A stretch of 64,000 nucleotides of DNA from an uncultured Gemmatimonadales bacterium (GCA_963815515.1 CAWFGP010000003.1:701513-765512), one strand, 5' to 3'; numbered from the stretch's first letter, positions 25,963 through 36,568 are shown. Numbers and translations are program-made. The notes: generated by a model not told the origin, from the letters alone.

Positions 25963-27513
25963 TCAGCTCTCCCGCAGATCCCGCCCCGTCATCTCCGCCG
26001 GCGGGGCGATGTCCAGCAACCGGAGCACCGTCGGTGCGACGTCACGCAGCGAGCCGCTGCTGCGCAGGGCACCCCCGCCGGCCCGCACCGCGACGAACGG
26101 CACCGGATTGGTCGTATGCGCCGTGTGCACGCCGCCCGTCACCGGGTCGATCATCATCTCGCAGTTGCCGTGGTCCGCGGTGATGAGGACGCTGGTCCCG
26201 GCCCGCTCCGCACTGACGAGAACCCGGGCCAGGCAGGCGTCCACGGTCTCCACCGCCTTGATCACGGCCGGCAGCACCCCGGTGTGTCCCACCATGTCCG
26301 CGTTGGCGTAGTTGCAGAGGATGAAGTCGTGGTGGCCCGATTCGATCGTGCGGCAGAGCGCGTCGGTGATGCCCGCGGCGCTCATCTCGGGCGCGAGGTC
26401 ATAGGTCGCCACGCGCTGCGATGGGATGAGGCAGCGCTCCTCGCCCCGGTAGGGCGGCTCGTATCCGCCGTTGAAGAAGTAGGTGACGTGCGGATATTTC
26501 TCCGTCTCCGCGGTTCGAAACTGGGTTCGCCCCTGGTCAGCGAGGACTTCGGCCAGGATCCGCGCGAGGCTGAAGGGCGGAAAGGCCGGCGGCATCGGGA
26601 AGGTCTGGTCGTACTGCGTCATGGTGACGCAGGCGAGTGCCGGACGGTGGCCGAGATCGAACTCGTCGAACCCGGGGATGGCCAGCGCGCTCACGATCTG
26701 GCGCATCCGGTCGCTGCGGTAGTTGAAGAACAGCACCCCGTCGCCGTCGCGCATCGTGGCCACGGGCCGGCCGTCCCGGTGGTGCACCAGCGGACGGATG
26801 AACTCGTCGGTCTCGCCGCGCTGGTAGGCCGCCTGCACGGCGAGCACCGGATGCTCTACCGGTGTTCCCACGCCATGCACCATCGCGTCGTACGCCAGCT
26901 GGGTCCGGTCCCAGCGCCGGTCGCGGTCCATGCCGTAGTAGCGCCCGGTCAGCGAGGCGATGTCCACCCGGGTCCCGGCGATACGCCGCATGTCGAGCAG
27001 CAGCGTCCGAACGACTTCCGCACCAAGAGTCGGCGACGAGTCGCGGCCGTCGAGGAAACCATGGATGGCGATCGCCGGCACCCGCTGCCCGACGCCCAGC
27101 TCGACGCAGGCGAGCAGGTGCCGGTCGAGCGCGTGCACGCCGCCCGGGCCGAGCAGGCCGACGAGGTGGAGGGTGCCGCCCGACTGCCGGAGCTGGCTGC
27201 AGAGCTCGACCAGCGCGGGGATCTGGTAGAACTCCCCGCTCTGGATGCTCTGGGAGATGCGCACGAGGTCCTGCGGCACCACCCGGCCGGCGCCGAGGTT
27301 GAGGTGGCCCACCTCGCTGTTCCCCATCTGGCCTTCCGGCAGACCCACGGCCAGGCCGCTGGCGTCCAGCAGGGTCCGCGGCGACGACTCCCAGAGCCGG
27401 TGCCAGACCGGCGTCGAGGCCAGCTCGATGGCGTTGCCGTCCCGCTCGCGCCGGTAGCCCCAGCCGTCCAGGACGACCAGGACGACCCGCTGCCGGGTGC
27501 TGCCGTTTGACAT
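25963..27513 (-). CDS. gpmI: 2,3-bisphosphoglycerate-independent phosphoglycerate mutase
   Basis: 516 aa with LDGWG, MGNSEVGHLNLGAGR, ...YFFNGG... and ITADHGN motifs. Confidence 0.92.
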   Translation of the reverse strand: MSNGSTRQRVVLVVLDGWGYRRERDGNAIELASTPVWHRLWESSPRTLLDASGLAVGLPEGQMGNSEVGHLNLGAGRVVPQDLVRISQSIQSGEFYQIPALVELCSQLRQSGGTLHLVGLLGPGGVHALDRHLLACVELGVGQRVPAIAIHGFLDGRDSSPTLGAEVVRTLLLDMRRIAGTRVDIASLTGRYYGMDRDRRWDRTQLAYDAMVHGVGTPVEHPVLAVQAAYQRGETDEFIRPLVHHRDGRPVATMRDGDGVLFFNYRSDRMRQIVSALAIPGFDEFDLGHRPALACVTMTQYDQTFPMPPAFPPFSLARILAEVLADQGRTQFRTAETEKYPHVTYFFNGGYEPPYRGEERCLIPSQRVATYDLAPEMSAAGITDALCRTIESGHHDFILCNYANADMVGHTGVLPAVIKAVETVDACLARVLVSAERAGTSVLITADHGNCEMMIDPVTGGVHTAHTTNPVPFVAVRAGGGALRSSGSLRDVAPTVLRLLDIAPPAEMTGRDLRES

Positions 27514-27535
27514 GAGTCTCCGCGTGCTCTACAAT
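27507..27535 (+). promoter_or_regulatory. near-consensus sigma70-type promoter
   Basis: TTGACA (27507-27512), 17-nt spacer, TACAAT (27530-27535). The -10 element ends 8 nt before the GTG at 27544. Confidence 0.5.
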
Positions 27536-27543
27536 GCCGGACT

Positions 27544-28617
27544 GTGAGTTACGCGCCGCAATCTAGTCCCGGGCTGCTTCGCCTACCAGCCTGCGTGATC
27601 GTCGCATGCCTCGCCCTCTCGGCCCCTGCCGCGGCTCAGGAGGACACGGCACTCTCCGCGCCCGCCAGCCTGCACAAGGAGCCTGAAGGGGTTCCCCTGG
27701 TCGCCCTCCCCGCCGGTGCTCCGGTCGAGGCGGGACGCGCGCGCGGGAGCTGGAACGAGGCCACCGTCGAAGGGTGGATCTACACCAACTCGACCGAGCG
27801 AACACGACGGGACGGGTACGATCTGGTGGTGACCACCGACGAAGGAGAGAACCTCCGGCGCTCGCCCAACGGTCCCCTGCTCGGCCGGGTCCGCGAGGGG
27901 ACCCTGCTCGAGCGGGTGGGCCAGAAGGGGAAGTGGACCCGGGTCCGGCGAAACGGCTGGATTCCGAAGAAGGCGCTCCGCCCGCCCGCCGCCGCTGCCC
28001 AGCAGCCGGCAGCGACACCTCGTCGGCGCCCCGCCGCCAGTGTGGCGGCGACGCCCGCGCCCGCGACGGCTGCCTCCCCGTTGGCGCCGCCAGGCGGTCC
28101 CGAGCGCGTCCAGACCGCCCGCGAGGTTCCCTTGGGCGCCACGCCCGCGGGCGGGACACTCGGCACCCTCCAGGCCGGTACGCCGGCACGGGTCGTAGCC
28201 CGCTCGGGCGAGCTGGTGAAGGTGCAGGTCGAGGGCTGGGTCCCGGCCGACGCCATCGCCGTCTCGGACAGTTCGGCGCTGGTCGGGGTGAGCGCCGCCG
28301 AAGTCCGCGCGGAGCCCGCCCGGTTCGTCGGGCAGACGCTCGAGTGGCGGCTGCAGGTGATCGCCGTCAGGACGGCCGACGAGCTCCGAAGCGAGATGCC
28401 GCCGGGGCAGCCCTACCTCCTCACGCGCGGACCGTTGCCCGAGCCCGGTTTCGTGTACGTGATCATCCCATCCGCGCAGGTCGCCGCGTTTCAGGCGCTG
28501 CCGCCGCTGCAGGAAGTGGTGCTCCGCGTCGCCATCCGGGCGGCCCGCACGCGGTTTCTCACGACGCCCGTCGCGGAGCTGGTGTCGGCGGTCTCGGGGA
28601 TGGAAGGCGAAAGGTGA
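27544..28617 (+). CDS. secreted protein with SH3b-like repeats
   Basis: 357 aa, GTG start, signal peptide ...ACLALSAPAAAQ. Three modules of the type G..V......G.W..V...GW(I/V)P...(L/I), then a Pro/Ala linker and a C-terminal domain of unknown type. Confidence 0.55.
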   Translation: MSYAPQSSPGLLRLPACVIVACLALSAPAAAQEDTALSAPASLHKEPEGVPLVALPAGAPVEAGRARGSWNEATVEGWIYTNSTERTRRDGYDLVVTTDEGENLRRSPNGPLLGRVREGTLLERVGQKGKWTRVRRNGWIPKKALRPPAAAAQQPAATPRRRPAASVAATPAPATAASPLAPPGGPERVQTAREVPLGATPAGGTLGTLQAGTPARVVARSGELVKVQVEGWVPADAIAVSDSSALVGVSAAEVRAEPARFVGQTLEWRLQVIAVRTADELRSEMPPGQPYLLTRGPLPEPGFVYVIIPSAQVAAFQALPPLQEVVLRVAIRAARTRFLTTPVAELVSAVSGMEGER

Positions 28618-28621
28618 CCCG

Positions 28622-29005
28622 ATGAACGATCTTCTCAAGCAACGCATCGGCCGGCTGCTCGACTCGCTGAGCGACGAGCGCGGCTATCAGATCCTGGACT
28701 TCATCGAGTTCCTCGACAGCAAGTACGCCGAGCGGGGGCGCCCGGGCGGCATCCTCGCCAGGATCACTGAGACCGTCGAGGACACCATGCGGGCCGGCAA
28801 GATCCCGATCCAGGCGATCAGCGGGACCATGGGCATCATGGACGGCGCGGCCAAGGTGATGAAGGGGCTCGCGGCCGCCGGCCAGGCGGTGGTGGATGAG
28901 GCGGTGAAGGTGGCCGAGCAGGCGTCGAGCCCACCGGAACAGATGCCCGCGCCCGCGCCGCCGGCCGTGCCGCCCGCCAGCCAGCAGTCCGGCAGCGGCG
29001 CCTAG
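28622..29005 (+). CDS. hypothetical small protein (N-terminus resembles DUF2281-type helices)
   Basis: 127 aa. The ATG lies 4 nt after the upstream stop. Sequence MNDLLKQRIGRLLDSLSDERGYQILDFIEFLDSKYAE..., with a Pro/Ala-rich tail. Confidence 0.45.
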   Translation: MNDLLKQRIGRLLDSLSDERGYQILDFIEFLDSKYAERGRPGGILARITETVEDTMRAGKIPIQAISGTMGIMDGAAKVMKGLAAAGQAVVDEAVKVAEQASSPPEQMPAPAPPAVPPASQQSGSGA

Positions 29006-30490
29006 TGGCCGCCACGGCGAAGACCGAGACCGCCAGCGCGGCCCCGGCGGAGTTCATCCGGGGCATCGGTCCGCTGGCGGCGATCTCGCTCGTCGTGGGC
29101 TCGATGATCGGATCCGGGATCTTCATCGTCTCGGCCGACATCGGGCGGCAGGTCGGGCAGTGGGGACCGGGCGCGCTGCTGCTGGTGTGGGTCGTGACCG
29201 GCGCCATGACCGTCACCGGCGCGCTCGCCTACGCCGAGCTCGCCGCGATGATGCCCAGGGCGGGCGGCCAGTACGTGTTTCTCCGCGAAGGGCTCTCGCC
29301 GCTCGCCGGCTTCCTCTACGGCTGGACCCTCTTCACCGTCATCCAGACCGGCACCATCGCCGCGGTCGCGGTGGCTTTTGCCAAGTTCCTGAGCGTGCTG
29401 GTGCCCGGCGTCTCGCCCGACGTCTTCCTCCTCCTCGGGCAGCTCCGGCTTCCCGGCGCCTCGGAGGCAATCCAGCTCGGCCTCTCGCCCCAGCGCGTCG
29501 TTGCGATCGTCATGATCGCCGCGCTCACCGCTGACCAACATGCGGGGCGTCACGCTCGGCGCGGCGATCCAGACGGTCTTCAGCGTCGCCAAGATCGGCG
29601 CTCTCGCCGCGCTGGTGCTGCTCGGGCTCACGCTGTTCCGCCAGCCGGACATCGCCGCCGCCAACTTCGCCGACTTCTGGGGGACCGGGGACTGGTCGAT
29701 CGCCGTCATCCCGGTGCTGGGAGCGGCCATGGTGGGCTCGCTGTTCTCGAGCGACGCCTGGAACAATGTCACCTTCGCGGCCGCCGAGGTGCAGAATCCC
29801 ACCCGGAACCTGCCTCGTGCGCTCGCGATCGGCACGGTGACGGTGAGTCTCCTCTACATCCTCGCCAACGTCGCCTATCTCAACATCCTCCCGTTCTCGG
29901 GCGATCCCCACGGCGCCGACGTGCTCGCCCGCGGGCTCCAGCATGCGGCCCAGGACCGGGTGGGCACCGCCGCCATCGAGGCGGCCCTCGGCACCGCTGG
30001 CGCGACGGTGATGGCGGTGGCGATCCTGCTCTCGACCTTCGGCTGCAACAACGGGCTCATTCTCTCCGGCCCGCGGGTCTACTACGCGATGGCCCGCGAC
30101 GATCTCTTCTTCCAGCGGGCGGGCGGGCTTCACCCGACGTACCGCACGCCGGTCTTCGGGCTGGTGGCGCAGGCTGTGTGGGCCAGCGTGCTGTGCATCA
30201 GCGGCACGTACGGACAGCTGCTGGACTACGTGATCTTCGCGGCCATCGTGTTCTACTTCCTCACGACGGTGGCGCTGTTCCGGCTCCGGCGGACGCGGCC
30301 CGAGTTGCCCCGGCCGGTGAGGGCGTTCGGGTATCCGGTCCTCCCGGCACTCTATATGGTGGCCAATGCCGCGCTGATGGTCATTCTGCTGCTGGAGAGG
30401 CCGCTGTACACCTGGCCGGGTCTGGTGATCGTGGCCACGGGCGTGCCGGTGTACCTCATGTGGAGAAAGAGCACGCCCGTACGGACCTGA
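29005..30490 (+). pseudogene. APC-family amino-acid permease, frame broken near 29530 (assembly error or pseudogene)
   Basis: ORF 29005.. (frame 1) is meaningful to ...VAIVMIAALT. ORF 29540..30490 (frame 2) continues LTNMRGVTLGAAIQTVFSVAKIGALAALVLLG... Together they make a normal ~12-TM permease. Confidence 0.75.
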
Positions 30491-30584
30491 CGGAGTCGAG
30501 GCGGCCCGAGTCCGCAGGACTCCGTAGTCCTGCCAGGGAGCTCCCGGGGGCAGGCGCTGGGGCCCCCTGCCCGAACCGGTCCGC

Positions 30585-30613
30585 TTGCGTTCCCCGTACC
30601 CTGACCCTAAACT
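30585..30613 (+). promoter_or_regulatory. candidate sigma70-type promoter upstream of guaB
   Basis: TTGCGT (30585-30590), 17-nt spacer, TAAACT (30608-30613), about 100 nt upstream of the guaB ATG. Motif match only. Confidence 0.3.
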
Positions 30614-30683
30614 CCGTGATGGAAATGCTCACTCCAGGCCTGCCGACCGCCCTCCCCGGGCCGCGGTGGGCCGTTGCGTATAG

Positions 30684-32174
<1,491 letters not shown>

Positions 32175-32244
32175 CACTCACATGCAGGTCGCAGTCGGCG
32201 CCGCCCGTCCGGTGCGCGCTTCTCCATTCTTCGAGGACCATTCT

Positions 32245-33738
32245 ATGAGCTTGTGGGCGACGAAGTCCGTCACGGTGCTGCGCGCCGAGGCGGAGGCAAC
32301 GGGCGAACGGTCCCTCAAACGCACCCTCGGGGCGTTGAATCTGACCATGCTGGGCATCGGCGCGATCATCGGCGCAGGCATCTTCGTGCTGACCGGGCTC
32401 GCCGCCGCTCTGCACGCGGGACCCGCCGTCCCCCTCTCGTTCGTCGTCGCCGCGGTGGCCTGCGGCCTCGCCGGCCTCTGCTACGCCGAGATGGCCAGCG
32501 CGGTGCCCGTCGCCGGGAGCGCCTACACCTACTCCTATGCCACGATGGGCGAGTTCGTCGCCTGGATCATCGGCTGGGACCTCGTGCTCGAGTACGCCAT
32601 GGGGGCCGCCACGGTCGGCGTCGGCTGGTCCGGATACTTCGTCAGCATGCTGGACTATTTCGGAGTCCACATCCCGGCCGCGCTCACTTCGGCGCCGCTC
32701 CGCTTCTGTACCGCCCCCGACGTGGCAAACGCGGTGGCCGCCTGCGTCCATCCTGGCTGGAACCCGACCGGCTCGCTGGTCAATCTGCCGGCGATGCTGA
32801 TCGTACTCCTCGCCACGACGGTGCTCACGATCGGCATCGAGGAGTCGGCCAAGGTCAACAACCTCATCGTCATCCTCAAGATCGGCGTGGTGCTGCTCTT
32901 CGTCCTCTTCGGGTTCCACTACGTCAATCCGCAGAACTGGCACCCCTTCATTCCACCCAACACCGGCACCTTCGGCGAGTTCGGCTGGAGCGGGGTGTTC
33001 CGCGGCGCCGGCCTGATCTTCTTCGCCTACATCGGATTCGACGCCGTGAGCACGGCCGCGCAGGAGGCCAGGAATCCGCAGAAGGACATGCCGGTCGGGA
33101 TCCTGGGATCGCTCGGCATCTGCACCGTGCTCTACATCGTCGTGTCGCTCACCCTGACCGGCCTGGTGCGATACGACCGCCTCAACGTGGCGCACCCGGT
33201 GGCGTTCGCGGTGGAGCAGATCCAGGGGCTCAACTGGCTCCGCCCCTTCATCACGATCGGCGCGGTGCTCGGCCTTGGCTCGGTGGTGCTGGTGATGCTC
33301 CTGGGTCAGAGCCGGGTGTTCTACTCGATGTCGCGCGACGGTCTCATCGGGGCCTGGGCCGGCAGGGTCCACCCCCGCTTCCGCACGCCGTACCTCTCCA
33401 CGGTCTACGTCGGCCTCATCGTCGCCGTCATCACGGGCACCTTCCCGATCCAGATTCTCGGGGAGCTGGTCAACATCGGCACGCTGCTGGCGTTCGTGCT
33501 GGTGTGCGCCGGCGTCATGATCCTCCGGAAGACGCGGCCCGACCTCGAACGGCCGTTCCGAACGCCGCTGGTGCCGCTTGTTCCGATCCTCGGCATGCTG
33601 GCCTGCTTCGGCCTCATGGCCACGCTGCCGGCCGATACCTGGCTCCGGCTCTTCGTGTGGCTGCTGATCGGCTTCGTGGTCTACTTCAGCTACGGCCGCA
33701 AGCACAGCGTGCTGCAGAAGGAGCGGAGGGGAGCGTAG
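32245..33738 (+). CDS. APC-family amino-acid permease (cationic amino acid transporter-like)
   Basis: ORF 32182..33738, start placed at ATG 32245 (MSLWATKSV...). LKRTLGALNLTMLGIGAIIGAGIFVLTG and about 13 TM segments. Confidence 0.85.
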   Translation: MSLWATKSVTVLRAEAEATGERSLKRTLGALNLTMLGIGAIIGAGIFVLTGLAAALHAGPAVPLSFVVAAVACGLAGLCYAEMASAVPVAGSAYTYSYATMGEFVAWIIGWDLVLEYAMGAATVGVGWSGYFVSMLDYFGVHIPAALTSAPLRFCTAPDVANAVAACVHPGWNPTGSLVNLPAMLIVLLATTVLTIGIEESAKVNNLIVILKIGVVLLFVLFGFHYVNPQNWHPFIPPNTGTFGEFGWSGVFRGAGLIFFAYIGFDAVSTAAQEARNPQKDMPVGILGSLGICTVLYIVVSLTLTGLVRYDRLNVAHPVAFAVEQIQGLNWLRPFITIGAVLGLGSVVLVMLLGQSRVFYSMSRDGLIGAWAGRVHPRFRTPYLSTVYVGLIVAVITGTFPIQILGELVNIGTLLAFVLVCAGVMILRKTRPDLERPFRTPLVPLVPILGMLACFGLMATLPADTWLRLFVWLLIGFVVYFSYGRKHSVLQKERRGA

Positions 33739-33740
33739 GG

Positions 33741-33785
33741 GGCGGTCAGGCGGTCGGGCGGTCGGACGGTCGGACGGTCGGTTCG
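33741..33785. repeat. array of about 5 copies of the 8-nt unit GGCGGTCR/GACGGTCG
   Basis: GGCGGTCA GGCGGTCG GGCGGTCG GACGGTCG GACGGTCG GTTCG. Starts 3 nt after the permease stop. Period 8, so non-coding. Confidence 0.85.
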
Positions 33786-33810
33786 AAGGTTGCGAGTTTC
33801 TGCAAAGCCC

Positions 33811-33876
33811 GTCACCCTGAGCGCAGCGAAGGGGACATGCGTCGACGCATGCTCCCTTCGCTGTGCTCAGGGTGAC
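33811..33876. repeat. REP-like palindromic element
   Basis: GTCACCCTGAGCGCAGCGAAGGGGACATGCGTCGACGCATGCTCCCTTCGCTGTGCTCAGGGTGAC, a near-perfect 66-bp palindrome. Confidence 0.9.
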
Positions 33877-33925
33877 GAGGGTTGGCGGTTAGCGCGCCCG
33901 CACCACACCGACCGCCTTACCGCTT

Positions 33926-33997
33926 CGACCGTCCGACCGTCCGACCGTCCGACCGTCCGACCGTCCGACCGTCCGACCGTCCGACCGTCCGACCGCC
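33926..33997. repeat. array of 9 copies of the 8-nt unit CGACCGTC (inverse of the 33741 array)
   Basis: Eight perfect CGACCGTC units and one CGACCGCC. Reverse complement of the left array. Ends 21 nt before the nrnA ATG. Confidence 0.9.
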
Positions 33998-34018
33998 CAC
34001 CCCTGTTAGATTTTCCCC

Positions 34019-35047
34019 ATGCCCTTCACCCTCGCCCCCGATCGGGCCGCCGCGGCGCGGGCCCTGGCCGCCGTGTTCCTGCCGGGGCAGCGGGTCTGTC
34101 TGACCACCCACGTCAATCCTGACGGCGACGGCCTCGGCAGCGAGGCCGGGCTGGCGCACCTGCTCCGGGCGCAGGGCATCGACGCCATCATCACCAACCC
34201 CACCCCCACGCCCTCCCGGTTCGCGTTCCTCTTCGACGACCTGCCGGGCGTCGACCGCACCCGGGAAGGCATCCGCGAGCTCCGGCGCGCCGACATCATC
34301 GTGGTGCTCGACATCTCGGACCTGGGCCGCCTCGGCAATCTCGGCGAGACGGTTCGGACCCGCGGCGTGCCGGTGGCCTGCGTGGACCACCACGTGAGCG
34401 AGGGGGTGCTCCCGGACGGGCCGCGGTACCTGGACCCGGGCGCGGCCGCCACCGGCGAGCTGGTCTTCGAGCTCGCGGTCGCGAACGGCTGGACGCTTAC
34501 CGAGATGGCCGCGCGAGGGCTGTACGTCGCGATCCTCACGGACACCGGCGGGTTCCGCTTCAGCAACACGCGCCCCCGGACTCTCCGTGTGGCCGCCGAG
34601 CTGCTCGAGGTGGGCGTGGATCCGGAGGAGATCTACCTCGAGGTCTACGCCCGTGCCCCCGAGGGCCGGCCCCGGCTTTTCGCGGAGGCGCTCCAGACGC
34701 TCGTGGTCGAGCCGGAATACGGCCTCGCCTGGGTCACGGTGCCGCCCGGGGCCATCGAGCGCCTGGGCGTTTCGTCCGACGACCTCGATGGGGTGGTGGA
34801 GTTCCCGCGCTCCATCGAGGGCGTGCGCATGGCGCTCCTCTTCCGCGAGGTGAGCCAGGGCCGGGTGAAGGTCTCGCTCCGCTCCGTCGGCGACGTGGAC
34901 GTGGCCGCGTTCGCCCTGCCCTTCGGCGGCGGCGGGCACACCAAGGCCGCCGGCCTCGCGCTCACGGGGTCGCTCGCGGAGGTGCAGTCGCTCGTGCTCA
35001 CGGCCGCCCGGCGCTATCTCAAGGACGGCGGCCGCCGCAGCGCCTGA
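34019..35047 (+). CDS. nrnA: DHH/DHHA1 phosphoesterase (NrnA-like oligoribonuclease/pAp phosphatase)
   Basis: 342 aa with THVNPDGDGLGS, VDHHVS and FGGGGHTKAAG motifs. Confidence 0.8.
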   Translation: MPFTLAPDRAAAARALAAVFLPGQRVCLTTHVNPDGDGLGSEAGLAHLLRAQGIDAIITNPTPTPSRFAFLFDDLPGVDRTREGIRELRRADIIVVLDISDLGRLGNLGETVRTRGVPVACVDHHVSEGVLPDGPRYLDPGAAATGELVFELAVANGWTLTEMAARGLYVAILTDTGGFRFSNTRPRTLRVAAELLEVGVDPEEIYLEVYARAPEGRPRLFAEALQTLVVEPEYGLAWVTVPPGAIERLGVSSDDLDGVVEFPRSIEGVRMALLFREVSQGRVKVSLRSVGDVDVAAFALPFGGGGHTKAAGLALTGSLAEVQSLVLTAARRYLKDGGRRSA

Positions 35048-35053
35048 CGGCCG

Positions 35054-35081
35054 TTGACCGGCCCCGAGGGGGGCCTATATT
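35054..35081 (+). promoter_or_regulatory. candidate sigma70-type promoter for nifU-mrp
   Basis: TTGACC (35054-35059), 16-nt spacer, TATATT (35076-35081), 34 nt upstream of ATG 35116. Confidence 0.45.
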
Positions 35082-35115
35082 GCCGAGTAACTCAGTAGGA
35101 ATTGCGCCGGGGGCT

Positions 35116-35346
35116 ATGGACACCATCGATCGGATCGAGAAGACGCTCGACACGCTGCGTCCCTATATCGCGTCGCACCGCGGCCACGTCGAGGTCGTGG
35201 ATTTCGACGAGAGTGACGGCGTGCTGCTCGTGCGGCTCGGCGGCACCTGCCACGGCTGCGCCGCCTCGACCGTCACCCTCAAGCAGGGGATCGAGAGCCG
35301 GCTGCGCGAGGCCGTGCCCGAGGTGAAGCACGTGGAGGCCGTCTAG
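35116..35346 (+). CDS. NifU-like Fe-S cluster scaffold domain protein
   Basis: ORF 35080..35346, start at ATG 35116. MDTIDRIEKTLDTLRPYIASHRGHVEVVDFDE..LLVRLGGTCHGCAASTVTLK (CxxC). Confidence 0.8.
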   Translation: MDTIDRIEKTLDTLRPYIASHRGHVEVVDFDESDGVLLVRLGGTCHGCAASTVTLKQGIESRLREAVPEVKHVEAV

Positions 35347-36458
35347 TGGCCTCCGCGCTCGAGGCACGTGTGGTCGAGGCGCTGGCGGCGATCCGGAATC
35401 CACGGCTGGACAACGATCTGCTCTCGGCGGGGATGATCCGGGACCTCGCCGTGACCGATGGGGGCGGGGTGAGCTTCACCTTCCTGCTCGCTCCGGAGGA
35501 TCCCGCCACGCTGGTCCGCCAGGCCCGCGCGGCCGTGCAGGCGATCGACGGCGTCCGGCGCGACGAGATCAAGATCACGGTCACCAATCCCGCCGGGCCC
35601 GCCCGCACCACCCATCCGCCGCCCTCCGCTCCCGCTCCCGCCCCCCCGGTCGGCGCGCCGACGCCGGCGGAGCAGGCGAATCTCGGGCGCATCATCGCGG
35701 TCTCCTCCGGGAAGGGCGGGGTGGGGAAGTCCACCGTGGCCGTGAACCTGGCCGTGGCCCTGGCGCAGGAGGGCGCCCGGGTGGGCGTCATGGACGCCGA
35801 CATCTACGGGCCCAACATCCCGCGCATGTTCGGCGTGTTCGAGAAGCCACCGGTCATCGGCGGCAAGATCCAGCCGCTCGAGGCCCACGGCGTCAAGCTC
35901 ATGTCGCTCGGCTTCCTGGTCGAGCGCGACGCCCCGGCCATCTGGCGCGGACCGATCATCATGAAGATCGTCACCCAGTTCCTGAAGGACGTCGAGTGGG
36001 GCGAGCTCGACTATTTTCTCGTCGACCTGCCGCCCGGCACCGGCGACGCGCAGCTCTCCCTGGTACAGGCGACACAGGTCTCGGGCGCCATCATCGTCAC
36101 CACGCCGCAGGAGATGGCCGTGGGCGACGCGCTCCGGGGCGCCAAGATGTTCGAGCGCGTAGGCGTGCCGGTGATCGGCGTGGTCGAGAACATGAGCGCG
36201 TTCGTCGATCCGGAGACCGGCCATCGGCTCGAGTTGTTCTCCTCGGGCGGCGGCCAGCGGCTGGCCGAGGAGATCGGCGCACCGCTGCTCGGAAGCGTGC
36301 CGCTCCAGCCACGCATGGCGGAGCTGGCCGACGCCGGTCAGCCCATCCTGGTCGCGAGCCCCGACAGCCCCGCCGCCACCAGCCTCCGTGCCATTGCCGG
36401 GGAGCTTCGCTTGAAGACCGCCGGCCGAAGCGCGGCGCTGCCCATTCTTCGGAACTGA
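35346..36458 (+). CDS. apbC: Mrp/NBP35/ApbC-type Fe-S cluster carrier ATPase
   Basis: 370 aa. GTG overlaps the upstream TAG by 1 nt. N-terminal DUF59-like region, Walker A SGKGGVGKST, and DLPPGTGD. Confidence 0.85.
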   Translation: MASALEARVVEALAAIRNPRLDNDLLSAGMIRDLAVTDGGGVSFTFLLAPEDPATLVRQARAAVQAIDGVRRDEIKITVTNPAGPARTTHPPPSAPAPAPPVGAPTPAEQANLGRIIAVSSGKGGVGKSTVAVNLAVALAQEGARVGVMDADIYGPNIPRMFGVFEKPPVIGGKIQPLEAHGVKLMSLGFLVERDAPAIWRGPIIMKIVTQFLKDVEWGELDYFLVDLPPGTGDAQLSLVQATQVSGAIIVTTPQEMAVGDALRGAKMFERVGVPVIGVVENMSAFVDPETGHRLELFSSGGGQRLAEEIGAPLLGSVPLQPRMAELADAGQPILVASPDSPAATSLRAIAGELRLKTAGRSAALPILRN

Positions 36459-36476
36459 GCCCTGCGGCCCGTCCCC

Positions 36477-36550
36477 GCGAGTCACCCTGAGCATAGCGAA
36501 GGGGGCATGACCCGAATCATGCCCCCTTCGCTGCGCTCAGGGTGACTCGC
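36477..36550. repeat. REP-like palindromic element
   Basis: GCGAGTCACCCTGAGCATAGCGAAGGGGGCATGACCCGAATCATGCCCCCTTCGCTGCGCTCAGGGTGACTCGC, between the mrp stop and the MATE start. Confidence 0.9.
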
Positions 36551-36568
36551 GGTCGGGCATGAGACGGC

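Noticed and set aside
33776-33790. GGTTCGAAGG resembling a tRNA T-arm/T-loop.
   Set aside because: It is the decayed end of the octamer array. No acceptor stem, anticodon arm or matching 3-prime end can be drawn. No tRNA-like cloverleaf was seen in any intergenic region.
33926-33997. Possible CRISPR-like arrays (the 8-nt array here and the 21-nt array at 63815-63920).
   Set aside because: The units are directly adjacent with no spacers, the unit lengths (8 and 21 nt) are far below CRISPR repeat size, and there are no cas genes in the window.
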